Positions 28,911 through 38,625 of a DNA stretch of 64,000 nucleotides are shown here, in pieces (position 1 is the first letter of the stretch; every line of letters begins with the position of its first letter). Location of the stretch: NCBI GenBank assembly GCA_964495075.1, contig CAZBUJ010000010.1, forward strand, positions 14,334 through 78,333. Direction: 5' to 3'. The notes under the pieces are model-generated. The model was not told the origin of the DNA. It ran no database searches and worked only from the letters and a program-made list of their open reading frames with translations. The position numbers and the translations under genes are program-made. Origin of the DNA: an uncultured Phycisphaeraceae bacterium (GTDB lineage Bacteria; Planctomycetota; Phycisphaerae; UBA1845).

Positions 28911-30468
28911 GCTCTTCCTGACACTTCGCTACCTGTTACGCCGACGCATCGCGGCGGTCGCGGTGATCGGCGTCTGGCTCTGCGTGGCTCTCGTGCTCAT
29001 CGTCATCAGCGTGATGGGCGGTTTCCTGGAGATGGTCAAGGAACGATCGCGCGGCCTGCTCAGCGACCTGATCATGGACAACCAGACGCTCCAGGGATTC
29101 CCCTACTACGAGGAATTCATCGACGAGATGAAGCTGAAACTGCCCGACGTCGTCGACATCGCCACGCCCGCCATCTACAACTACGGCATCATCCGGGTGA
29201 AGGACATCAACTTCACCAAGCCCGTCCAGGTGATCGGGATCCGGCTGGACGACTACATCCGCGTCAATGACTTTGGCCGCGCACTGTTCTACAACAAGTA
29301 CTACCCCGGCACCACCACGCTCGGCGCGCAACGCATGCCCATGGCCGGCTTCAACGAGAAAGGCGAGCCGGTCCTGCCGCCCGAGTACCGCGAAGCGCTG
29401 GCCGCGTACGAGGCCGAGAACCCCGGAGCTCTCCGCCAGGACAAGAACCGGACAACCCCGCGATCGGAGTCACCCGATGGTATCGGCATCTTCCACCGCT
29501 CGTTCGGGCTCCCCGGGTATGACGGCGACGAGCTGCCGGGCATCATCCTGGGCACCGATCTGATCAACTCGCGGACCGACCGGGGGACCTACAAACGCGA
29601 GTTCTGGCGCGGGTGGGAGATCATCCTGACCCTGCTGCCCATGACCCAGGAAGGCGTCATCTCGGCCACCGGGGCCACCACCGTCGCCATGCGCTACATC
29701 GACGACTCGTACACGCGGGTCTTCGACATAGACAAACTGTGCGTCTACGTCGACTTCGAGCTGCTGCAGCGGTATCTCCACATGGACGCCCAGGAACTCG
29801 TCGACGGGGGGGAAACGCCGCCCCGCGCGTCGCAGATCCTGATCAAGCTCAAGGACGGGGTCGACGCCTACAAGGCCAAGGAACAGATCGAAGCGCTGTG
29901 GGCCCGGTTCTACGCCCGACTGGCCCCGTCCCTCTCGCTGATGGACGACCGGATGATGGCCCGCGCCTCCGTCGAAACGTGGCAGGAGCGGCAGATCGAA
30001 TACATCAGCGCCGTCGAAAAGGAAAAGGTCCTGATGCTGATCCTCTTTGCCCTGATCAGCCTGGTGACCGTCGCCCTGATCGGCTGCATCTTCTACATGA
30101 TCGTCGTCCAGAAGACGCGGGACATCGGCATCATCAAGAGCGTGGGGGCGTCCGCGTCGGGCGTGGCCAGCATCTTCATCGGCTACGGGGCCGCGATCGG
30201 GATCGTCGGGTCGATCCTCGGCAGCATCACCGGGGCGGTGTTCGTCTACTACATCAACGACATCCAGGACCGGCTGGCCCAGTTCAACCCCAACCTGCGG
30301 GTTTGGGATCCCAAGGTATACGCCTTCGACCGGATTCCGAACGTGGTGAACGCGGACGAGGTCGTCGTCATCTTCCTGATCGCCGTGGCGGCATCGATGC
30401 TCGGGGCGTTGATCCCGGCCATCCTGGCCGCCCGGGTCTGGCCGGTGAAAGCACTGCGCTATGAGTAA
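28903..30468 (+). CDS. ABC transporter permease, LolC/E / FtsX (MacB-type) family
   Basis: 521 aa. An N-terminal TM helix, a large periplasmic domain, and a C-terminal FtsX-type three-helix bundle (DIGIIKSVGAS). It overlaps the downstream ATPase gene. Confidence 0.8.
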   Translation: MYKLFLTLRYLLRRRIAAVAVIGVWLCVALVLIVISVMGGFLEMVKERSRGLLSDLIMDNQTLQGFPYYEEFIDEMKLKLPDVVDIATPAIYNYGIIRVKDINFTKPVQVIGIRLDDYIRVNDFGRALFYNKYYPGTTTLGAQRMPMAGFNEKGEPVLPPEYREALAAYEAENPGALRQDKNRTTPRSESPDGIGIFHRSFGLPGYDGDELPGIILGTDLINSRTDRGTYKREFWRGWEIILTLLPMTQEGVISATGATTVAMRYIDDSYTRVFDIDKLCVYVDFELLQRYLHMDAQELVDGGETPPRASQILIKLKDGVDAYKAKEQIEALWARFYARLAPSLSLMDDRMMARASVETWQERQIEYISAVEKEKVLMLILFALISLVTVALIGCIFYMIVVQKTRDIGIIKSVGASASGVASIFIGYGAAIGIVGSILGSITGAVFVYYINDIQDRLAQFNPNLRVWDPKVYAFDRIPNVVNADEVVVIFLIAVAASMLGALIPAILAARVWPVKALRYE

Positions 30469-31156
30469 GTTCATCCTGACCGCCAGCAACGTGCACAAGT
30501 CCTACATGATGGGCCCGGGCCCGCTGCACGTCCTGCGCGGCGCCTCGCTGAAGGTGGTCGCCGGGGAACTGGTCGCCATCATGGGGGCGAGCGGGTCGGG
30601 CAAGAGCACGCTGCTGCACATTCTCGGCGCCCTGGATCTGCCGGACAAAGGCCAGGTCACCTTTGACGGAATCGACGTGTTTCGTCAGTCCGGCGCGGCC
30701 CGCGACCGCATGCGTAACCGCAACGTCGGGTTCGTGTTCCAGTTCTATCACTTGCTGCCTGAGTTGGACGTCCTGGAGAACATCTTGTTCCCGTCCATGG
30801 TCAAGCACTCCGTGTGGTCTTGGACGCACGGCGGGCGCGAGGCCCGCGAACACGCACGGGAGGTGCTGACCCGGGTGGGACTCGGCGAGCGCATGCACCA
30901 CCGCCCCAACGAACTATCCGGCGGCGAGCGGCAGCGGGCGGCCATCGCCCGGGCCATCGTCAACCGGCCGGAGCTGCTGCTGGCCGACGAACCTACCGGC
31001 AACCTCGACGCCCACACCGGCCAGGGCATCCTCGACGTCCTGCTCGACCTCAACCAGGTCGGACAGACCATCGTCATCGTCACCCACGACCCCAACGTCG
31101 CCGCCCTCGCCCACCGCTGCGTCCAGCTCGTCGATGGCCGGATCGCCGACAAGTAG
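30461..31156 (+). CDS. ABC transporter ATP-binding protein, LolD/MacB-like
   Basis: Walker A GASGSGKST, signature LSGGERQR, Walker B LLLADEPT, H-loop VTHD. Confidence 0.9.
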   Translation: MSKFILTASNVHKSYMMGPGPLHVLRGASLKVVAGELVAIMGASGSGKSTLLHILGALDLPDKGQVTFDGIDVFRQSGAARDRMRNRNVGFVFQFYHLLPELDVLENILFPSMVKHSVWSWTHGGREAREHAREVLTRVGLGERMHHRPNELSGGERQRAAIARAIVNRPELLLADEPTGNLDAHTGQGILDVLLDLNQVGQTIVIVTHDPNVAALAHRCVQLVDGRIADK

Positions 31157-31278
31157 CACGCCGTCGCGCCAAAGGCCACTGCTCCGCCGCCGACCGCAGC
31201 GCAGAAAGCGAAATCATGAGCATGCCATGCGAGCGACACGGCGCGAAGATGGAGTTCATTCAGCGCACACCCATTCGG

Positions 31279-32016
31279 CTACAGACATGCAGCATACGTT
31301 CGCACGTGAGCCGAAAGGGATCGCAAGAAGTGGAAAGGCCCCACCTCGGGGTTGGGTGTGGTGAACGTACCATTGAGCGAGCCATGTTCGGCCGGGCTCA
31401 AGATAAGACAAGCGGCATCATATAGCCGTTCACGCACGAGCCTCAGACAGAGTAGCTCATACCGCTCTGCATAAGATGAATCCTTGAACTCCGCAAACAC
31501 GGGAAAGTGAGGCTCCTTAACTCCCACTGGTTTGACGGAACCTGGGGCTTCCTCAAGAAGCATGAAATAACCGAGCCATGGCCTCGGTGAACCCTCAAAG
31601 GCTCCCTCTCGATATGCCGTCCAGAAGTCTTGAGCGTTACCAATCGCCTCTTCCGTTCGATTATTCGCGTTGTTTCCGAACGATCCAACCTGTGATTTCA
31701 ATTCAATGCAGGCAAGAATCTTGTGCTCCCCGACGACCAGCAAGTCCCACTCTTTAGTTGGACGGAAGAAACCTGGTAAATAACGAGTGTTCTTGTTGCG
31801 GTAATAGATGCTTGCTTCCGCAATACCGGCCTCTCTCGCGACTTCTGCGAATAACTCAACGAAGCCGTCAAGTTGCTTTCCCCCGGTTACCGCACCTCTC
31901 GTCCCCGCGTCCTTTACTCCCGTCTTTTCGCCCTGCCGTCGCTGTTGCGATAACCGAGCCGCCCAGAAGTACAGAACAGCCTTGGCCACTCGGCCATGGA
32001 CGTCCTCGTCGTTCAT
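31279..32016 (-). CDS. Type II restriction endonuclease, PaeR7I/XhoI family
   Basis: 245 aa. AVTGGKQLDGF, WDLLVV, IELKSQVGSFGNNANNRTEEAIG, PWLGYFMLLE and SYAERYELLCLRLVRERLY match my recollection of PaeR7I-family sequences. It overlaps the upstream methyltransferase gene by 4 nt. GC is visibly lower here. Confidence 0.8.
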   Translation of the reverse strand: MNDEDVHGRVAKAVLYFWAARLSQQRRQGEKTGVKDAGTRGAVTGGKQLDGFVELFAEVAREAGIAEASIYYRNKNTRYLPGFFRPTKEWDLLVVGEHKILACIELKSQVGSFGNNANNRTEEAIGNAQDFWTAYREGAFEGSPRPWLGYFMLLEEAPGSVKPVGVKEPHFPVFAEFKDSSYAERYELLCLRLVRERLYDAACLILSPAEHGSLNGTFTTPNPEVGPFHFLRSLSAHVRTYAACL

Positions 32017-33005
32017 CGTTCTACCTGAATGTCATACTTGCTGAACAATCCTGCCGACTCCTTCTCGACCCGCCGCTGGGCCAGCGACAGATAATCTGGG
32101 TCCACCTCGATCCCGATGCTGTTTCTTCCCGCATGCATCGCAGCGACTGTTGTCGTTCCCGTCCCAACAAACGGGTCCAGTACCGTGTCGCCCACGAAGC
32201 TGAACATTCGAATGAGGCGATCGGCCAGTGCTAACGGATAGGGGGCTGGGTGCTTGCGAGTCGACGCGCCAGTCAGGCCCATCCAGACTTGTTGGAACCA
32301 CTCCTTGTGTTCATCCGCCGCGATCACACTCATGATGCGAGTAGCCTCTGCTGGTCGTCGATAGCCGCCTGGCTTTCGTTCCATGAGAATAAACTCAATG
32401 TCATTCTTGACGACGGAGTTAGGCTCGTACGGTTTGCCAAGAAAGCCAGCCCCATTTCCTTCGGCTTCGTAGACGGCATTGGCGATTTTGTTCCAGATAA
32501 TCGGCGCGAGATTATCGAATCCGATGCGGCGGCAAGCCTCCTGAATGGAGGCATGTAGCGGCACCACGGTGTGCCGCCCGTTGTTCTTGCGACGTGCTAG
32601 GCAGACGTCTCCCACAACGCACACGAGACGCCCTCCTGGTACCAAAGCGCGAAAACACTGGCGCCAGACCTTGTTCAGTTCGCCAAGAAACCGTTCGTAA
32701 TCCTCTACGTGTCCAAGCTGATTCTCAGACGCGTTATACTCCTTGAGTGTCCAGTAGGGAGGAGATGTCACGACAAGATGAATGCTCTCCGGTTCTAAGT
32801 GCATTTGCCGCGCATCTCCCAGGCTGATGACATGGCGGGTTGGAAAACTCTGAATCGCCGCGCGGATTGCGCCAATCGCCTTGGGGTCTTTTGCGATGCG
32901 AGGGATGCCACGCTGCGAGTCCTGCAAGTCACGGAGGTGTTGGGGCACTAGCTGTGCAAGCCCGGCAGGCGTCGTTTCGAATTTTCGTACTTTCGTTTCT
33001 GGCAT
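32013..33005 (-). CDS. DNA methyltransferase (beta-class N6-adenine/N4-cytosine), cognate of the adjacent endonuclease
   Basis: 330 aa. The catalytic motif TSPPYW comes before the AdoMet motif DPFVGTGTT (order IV...I, which is beta class). Confidence 0.85.
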   Translation of the reverse strand: MPETKVRKFETTPAGLAQLVPQHLRDLQDSQRGIPRIAKDPKAIGAIRAAIQSFPTRHVISLGDARQMHLEPESIHLVVTSPPYWTLKEYNASENQLGHVEDYERFLGELNKVWRQCFRALVPGGRLVCVVGDVCLARRKNNGRHTVVPLHASIQEACRRIGFDNLAPIIWNKIANAVYEAEGNGAGFLGKPYEPNSVVKNDIEFILMERKPGGYRRPAEATRIMSVIAADEHKEWFQQVWMGLTGASTRKHPAPYPLALADRLIRMFSFVGDTVLDPFVGTGTTTVAAMHAGRNSIGIEVDPDYLSLAQRRVEKESAGLFSKYDIQVER

Positions 33006-33477
33006 AACGCGCTGAGATTATTGCCTGGTGGGCGGCGACGTCAAGTCATGGTCAGGAACCGGCAAGCGTTGCAGATCCTGCACACATCACGTTTCGGAGA
33101 CCGCGATCGTACAATCCACATCACTCGTGCGCTTAAGTGCAAGTACGGCTGGACGGGATTCCCGGAGAGCGGTGGGGCGAGGCGCGGCTTTCGGCCACGT
33201 CCGCGCCCGACCGAGCGACGAGACGACGACCCTACCGCCTCCCGATCCCGGTGAGCTGCATTCGGCGGGACGCCGCCGCTTCCATCCTCGTCGCCGAGTC
33301 AGTCGCGTATCGTCAGCTCAAATGCCCTTAGGCCAGCGCTCATAAGGCAGAGGCCGCTCTGCCGGTGCGCGGCGGAAGACCACAGCTCGGCGTCCCAACG
33401 AACGAGCCCACGGGCCGGAACTCGTGGGCTTGCGTTTGGTTCTATTGTGGCGTCCCGTTCTCGCGGCGAAAGAGACC

Positions 33478-34584
33478 TCAGCGCCGCGTGCGGTACCGCG
33501 GGTGCGGCGGCGAACGCTTGAGGTACGACCGCTTGAGCTTGCCGACCGTCTCGAGCCGCCGTTCGGCCATCAGGTCCGCCGCCCGCGCGGTGGAGATCCC
33601 TTCCCGGTCGGCGATGTTGAAGATCGCGTGGATCGTGTTGTAGATCTTGCTGACCATGCGGGTCGCCCGATCCTTGGAGTAGGCTTCCAACTCCACGAAC
33701 ACGTTCATCAGCCCGCCCGCGTTGATCGCGTAATCCGGGGCGTAAAGGATCCCCCGCTTGCGGAGCATGTCGCCCATCTCCGGCGTCTCGAGCTGATTGT
33801 TCGCCGCACCGGCCACCACTGAACACTTGAGCTGCTCCACCGTGTTCGGGTTGATCGTCGCGCCGAGCGCACACGGACAATACACGTCGCAATCGACGGC
33901 GTAGATGTCGTCCGGCTTCACGATCGTCACGTTCTTCAGACCTTCGATCGCTTCCTTGCACCGCTGCTCGTTGATGTCGCACACGTACAGGGTCACGCCG
34001 GCCTCGGACAGGCTGCGGGCCAGGTGAACGCCAACGTGCCCCATGCCCTGGATGGCGACCGTCAGGTCCCGGAGCTTCTTGTCCGGGAGCTTGCGCTCGA
34101 CACACGCTTCGATGCCCCGGAACGTGCCGTACGCCGTGAAGGGGGACGGGTCGCCGCTGCCGCCGTGGAACTCCCCCACACCCACCACGTTCGACGTCTC
34201 CATGAACACGTATTCCATGTCATCGACCGTGGTGCCGACGTCCTCGGCCGTGATGTAACGCCCGTTGAGACTCTCGATGTATCGCCCCAACGAGCGGAAC
34301 AGACCCTCGGACTTGTCCTTTTCGGGGTCACCCATGATGACCGTCTTGCCACCGCCCAGGTTGAGCCCCGACACGGCGGCCTTGTAGGTCATGCCTTTCG
34401 ATAATCGAAGAGCGTCCAGGAGGGCGGCGTCGTCGGACTTGTACGTCCACATCCGAGATCCCCCCAAAGCCGGACCGAGATGGGTGTTGTGTATGGCAAT
34501 GATCGCCCGCAGCCCGACATTGGGATCACTGCATAGCACGACCTGTTCGTGACCCATCTCATTGATGAGGTCGAAGTTGAGCAT
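33478..34584 (-). CDS. Leucine (Glu/Leu/Phe/Val family) dehydrogenase
   Basis: 368 aa. LGPALGGSRMW, KGMTYKAAVSGLNLGGGK (catalytic Lys region), and Rossmann motif GMGHVG. It looks closest to Leu/Phe dehydrogenases. Confidence 0.85.
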   Translation of the reverse strand: MLNFDLINEMGHEQVVLCSDPNVGLRAIIAIHNTHLGPALGGSRMWTYKSDDAALLDALRLSKGMTYKAAVSGLNLGGGKTVIMGDPEKDKSEGLFRSLGRYIESLNGRYITAEDVGTTVDDMEYVFMETSNVVGVGEFHGGSGDPSPFTAYGTFRGIEACVERKLPDKKLRDLTVAIQGMGHVGVHLARSLSEAGVTLYVCDINEQRCKEAIEGLKNVTIVKPDDIYAVDCDVYCPCALGATINPNTVEQLKCSVVAGAANNQLETPEMGDMLRKRGILYAPDYAINAGGLMNVFVELEAYSKDRATRMVSKIYNTIHAIFNIADREGISTARAADLMAERRLETVGKLKRSYLKRSPPHPRYRTRR

Positions 34585-34980
34585 GTTGGTGCCCTCCGAA
34601 ATGGATAGACAATCGCAGGTTCTGATCAGCCGACCCCGCCTGTCTGCGGCGTCAACGAGTGGACGGGGTCCCGCGCGCAGCCGCGCCGGAAAAATACGAT
34701 ACTAGGCGGTCCTGCCAATTGTTGCAACCGCCGCGGACCGACTCCGCGACGGCGCCTGCCTGCACGTTCCGCGCCGCGCCGAACGGACGCGCAAGCCGCC
34801 ACATCAACGCGCGGAACGACGCCCATTGACCTCCGCACCTCCCCTCATCACGCCCGCCACCCATACCGGCTGCGGGAAATTCCGCGACCCCCCGCGCGCC
34901 GCCACACGGCCGACCCACCCGCGCGCCGATTGCTTCACCGCCGCCGCCAACCGACCGATACACCTCCTGGAGTTGACGCC

Positions 34981-35151
34981 ATGGTCAGATGGAAGTACCT
35001 GTCTCTCGGCTCGGTCATCGGGGCCGGCGTGCTCGGATTCCTCCGCGTCGTCGCCAACGAAATCCTCGCCGTCGAAAAGAAACTCCGGCTCCTCGAAGCG
35101 GAGGAAGAAGCACGCCGCGAACGGGCCAGGAAGTGGGGAGAGGCCGCCTGA
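34981..35151 (+). CDS. Small single-pass membrane protein with a charged coiled tail, hypothetical
   Basis: MVRWKYLSLGSVIGAGVLGFLRVVANEILAVEKKLRLLEAEEEARRERARKWGEAA. Codon usage is plausible for this genome. No homology recognised. Confidence 0.35.
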   Translation: MVRWKYLSLGSVIGAGVLGFLRVVANEILAVEKKLRLLEAEEEARRERARKWGEAA

Positions 35152-35306
35152 CCGCTCACGCGGATACGGACCGAACCCCGCACCGCCACGGCCCGAATCG
35201 CCCCGCCGCGCATTGTTGACTTGCCGTTAGGCCCAACTTAGAGTGAATTTATCGGGCCCACGGCAGGGGATGGCCGGTCGGTGGGGCGGCGGAATGGGAG
35301 AGGACT

Positions 35307-36368
35307 ATGCGATCGCATCCGGTTCGATTCTCGAAGATACGCACGCTCGTGGTGGTGTTCGCGGTGCTGGCCATTCTCGGCGGCGCAGGACTCATCGCCC
35401 TCGGCGTCAGGGAAACCCTGCGAAGCGGGCTGACCCCGTCGGGCGGCGTGCCGTTGATCGCGGCCGGCCTGGCGACCATCGCGGTCGCCTTCGCGGCCGT
35501 CGCCATGACCTGGCTCCTGGTGAAAATCGAGTCGCACACCAACCGCCAATACAACCAGCTCATCGACCTGTGCGATCTCATCAAGAACGAGGCGAACGTC
35601 CTCTCCTCCATCGCCCAGAGCAGCCGGATCTCGGAGGCCGTCAAGTCCATCACCGGACGCGAAGAAGAGCGGGAGGCCCTCCGCGCCGCCATCCGCGAAG
35701 ACATTTCCCGCGAGGACTGGGAAGCCGCCCTCTACCTCGTCGATCAGATGGAGCAGCGGTTCGGGTACCACGACGAGGCGGAACGACTGCGCCGTCAGGT
35801 CATTGACGAACGCACCAGCGACATGCGCAACCGGTTGAACGAAGCGCTGGGACGCATCGAAGAGCACTGGGCCGCCTACGAATGGGACCGCGCCGCCCAG
35901 GAAATCCAGCGACTGTTGCGGGCGCTGCCCGACGACAAGCACACCCGACGCCTCCCCGAAGAACACCAGAAACGGCGCGAGGCCCGCAAGCAGGAACTGC
36001 TGGCCGCCTGGCGAGACGCCGTCCGCCCCTCCTCCGCCCAGGAGGACGACATGGACCTCGACAAGGCCATCGCCGTGCTCACCGAACTCGACCCCTATTT
36101 AACGCGGGAAGAAGCCCGCGCCCTGGAAGAGTCGGCCCGCGGCGTGTTCCGGGCCAAGCTGGCCCGGTTCGGCATGCAGTTCGAGCTGGCGGTCAAAGAC
36201 CAGCGATGGCGCCAGGCCCTCGAAATCGGGGTCCAGATCATCGAGGAGTACCCCAATTCCACCATGGCCCAGCAGGTGCGCGAGATGGAAGGGGTGCTCC
36301 GGCAGCGCGCCGGACTGACCGGCGACGTCGAGGTCACCGTCCACCCCGCCCCGGCGTCCGATAACTAG
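35307..36368 (+). CDS. Membrane-anchored (2 TM) helical/TPR-like protein, hypothetical
   Basis: 353 aa. Two N-terminal TM helices followed by about 260 aa of charged helical sequence. Confidence 0.55.
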   Translation: MRSHPVRFSKIRTLVVVFAVLAILGGAGLIALGVRETLRSGLTPSGGVPLIAAGLATIAVAFAAVAMTWLLVKIESHTNRQYNQLIDLCDLIKNEANVLSSIAQSSRISEAVKSITGREEEREALRAAIREDISREDWEAALYLVDQMEQRFGYHDEAERLRRQVIDERTSDMRNRLNEALGRIEEHWAAYEWDRAAQEIQRLLRALPDDKHTRRLPEEHQKRREARKQELLAAWRDAVRPSSAQEDDMDLDKAIAVLTELDPYLTREEARALEESARGVFRAKLARFGMQFELAVKDQRWRQALEIGVQIIEEYPNSTMAQQVREMEGVLRQRAGLTGDVEVTVHPAPASDN

Positions 36369-36605
36369 CCCGGGTGCCCCGCTCCACCCCGTAACGCCCG
36401 CGACCCGCACGGGACGCCCGCCGCGCCGACCACGCATTTACTCTTTAAACCGACCCGATAATCGGCCGATACGCCTGAGACCGGTCCACCGGGAACTGGG
36501 CGTGCCCCCGGCCGGTCCCGTGCGGTCCGAGAAACTTGCCCGACCGTGCTATCGAATTTTACGCTGTGAACTGACGGTTGGGGAACTGAGGTCTCTGGAT
36601 GGCTT

Positions 36606-37988
36606 GTGATGGCGGCTGCAATCCAAGGGGGCCGACCACGCCGAACGCTCGGCCAGTGGATCCGGGCGTCGGTTCTCGGTCTACAATGCAAATCCACCGT
36701 GCTCGTCGTCGCCCTGACGCTCTGCGTGGCGACCGTCGTGGGCGGACTGTTCGTTCACTTCGCCGGACGCCTCACCGCGAAGAACCAGGAACGACACGCC
36801 ACCCAGCTTTGCGCCGGATTGGCCCAACTGGCCGCCGATGCCCTCGCCCAGCGGGACTGGCCGCACCTGCAGCGAGTCGCCAACAAATTCGCCAGCGGTG
36901 ACCCGCTCATCTTCGTCTCCTTCTGCGATGCGCAGGGCCGGTCGTGGGCATCCGCGTCCCGGAACGACCTGCCGATCGACCCGGCCTGGCTCCAGCTCGG
37001 GGAGGACGCCCGCCGAACGGTGGGCCAGCCTCTGCTCCGCTACGAGCATCCGGGCGTCCCGACCTTCCTCGACGTCAGCTACCCCATCAACCGAGCACTG
37101 GCGGCCACCGACGGTGGGCCCAGCCCACTGCTCGGGTACGTGCGAGTCGGCTTCAATGTCGATCCCACGCTGAAGGAGTTCGCGGGGGTGATGGATCTCG
37201 TTTCCGGCATCGCCCTGGTGGTCGTCCTCATCACGATCCCGTTCGCGTTCCTCGTCGTCCGGCAGATCGTGGTGCCGCTCAACGAGCTGTCGCTCACGGC
37301 CGAGAAGCTTGCCCAGGGCGACCGGTCCGCCCGCTCCCGCGTGAGCCGGACCGACGAGATCGGACAACTCGCCCGGTCGTTCAACCACATGGCGGACGAG
37401 ATCGATCGCAACGAAAAGAAGATCACGGCCATGAACGCGGACCTTGAGGAACGGGTCCGCGATCGCACCCGGCAGTTGAAGGAGATGGCAGCCCGCGATC
37501 CGCTCACCGGCCTCTACAACCGGCGCCACGTGGACGAGGTCCTCGCCCGCAGCTTCGCCGAAGCCAAGCGCTACGGGCACCCCCTTTCCTGCCTGATGAT
37601 CGATCTCGACAACTTCAAGGCGGTCAACGACCGGTTCGGCCACCATGCCGGGGACCAGGCGTTGATGCTGGCCGCGGACACCGTTTCGGGCGAGTTGCGG
37701 GCGTCGGACATCGCGGCACGCTTCGGCGGCGACGAATTCGTCGTCCTGCTGCCCCACGCCGAGCAGGAACAGGCGGCCGTGCTGGCCCGGCGGATCGCCG
37801 ACCGGTTCGCGAGCAACATCCGGGCCGCGCTGCCGACGCTCCGTACGCGATTGAGCATCGGAATCGCCAGTCTGGGCGACGGCGACGCGGATCGTCCGGA
37901 GGGCCTGGTACGAGCCGCCGACCGCGCCCTCTACGCCGCCAAGCAGCGCGGGCGCAATCGCATCGAAATCTCGCGAGTCCCCGTATAA
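36606..37988 (+). CDS. Diguanylate cyclase (TM sensor, HAMP, GGDEF) with an RxxD I-site
   Basis: HAMP (LNELSLTAEKLAQGD...IGQLARSFNHMADEI) and an active site RFGGDEFVVLL preceded by RASD five residues upstream. Confidence 0.85.
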   Translation: MMAAAIQGGRPRRTLGQWIRASVLGLQCKSTVLVVALTLCVATVVGGLFVHFAGRLTAKNQERHATQLCAGLAQLAADALAQRDWPHLQRVANKFASGDPLIFVSFCDAQGRSWASASRNDLPIDPAWLQLGEDARRTVGQPLLRYEHPGVPTFLDVSYPINRALAATDGGPSPLLGYVRVGFNVDPTLKEFAGVMDLVSGIALVVVLITIPFAFLVVRQIVVPLNELSLTAEKLAQGDRSARSRVSRTDEIGQLARSFNHMADEIDRNEKKITAMNADLEERVRDRTRQLKEMAARDPLTGLYNRRHVDEVLARSFAEAKRYGHPLSCLMIDLDNFKAVNDRFGHHAGDQALMLAADTVSGELRASDIAARFGGDEFVVLLPHAEQEQAAVLARRIADRFASNIRAALPTLRTRLSIGIASLGDGDADRPEGLVRAADRALYAAKQRGRNRIEISRVPV

Positions 37989-38151
37989 TTCTGTAAGCAC
38001 GCCCGCGAATACACGGGTGTCGGAGCGGTGGCGCCCGACGCATATGCGGTTCTGCGACGCCCTTTCTAATCGCAGCCGCGGACGTTGTGTGTTATGGTTT
38101 CAGTGGGCGGGCGAACCGCCCCCCAGGACTCCCGAATGGCGGTGATCGACG

Positions 38152-38562
38152 ATGTGGACGGAAGTCGGAAAATTCGTCGGCGGCAAGGTCCTGACGGCCG
38201 TACTGGTCGTCGGCGTGTTTGCCAGTGGATTTTGGTTCTACAGGCATCCGGAGCAGCTCCAGGCCATCTGGGGCGTGCTGAAATCGGTGCTCGCCTGGCT
38301 GGGATTCGTGATTGTCCTGCCCTGGGCCCTCTTTTTCGTGGTGGCCTGGGTCCGGCGGTTCGACAGCAACGCCGCCGCCGCCGCCATGCTGATTGCGTAT
38401 CTGCTGCTGGACGTGCTGGCCGCCCTGTACCTCGCCGGCTGGCACGTGAGCGGGGCCCTGACTTGGACCGTGCTGGTCCTTGGCTTCCTTGCAGCAGGAG
38501 TTTATAATTTCCTGGCCTGTGAGACGATCGACAACCGGCTCGAATCGTCCGAGGGCCTGTAA
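38152..38562 (+). CDS. Four-TM small membrane protein, hypothetical; first gene of the ESCRT-III/Vps4-like cluster
   Basis: 136 aa with four clear hydrophobic helices. It ends 22 nt upstream of the kinase ORF. Confidence 0.5.
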   Translation: MWTEVGKFVGGKVLTAVLVVGVFASGFWFYRHPEQLQAIWGVLKSVLAWLGFVIVLPWALFFVVAWVRRFDSNAAAAAMLIAYLLLDVLAALYLAGWHVSGALTWTVLVLGFLAAGVYNFLACETIDNRLESSEGL

Positions 38563-38625
38563 CGCCCGCGGTGGGAACGACGGGTGGACAGGGCCGAGCC
38601 GGCACAGAATAGGGAGGACCTGGCG

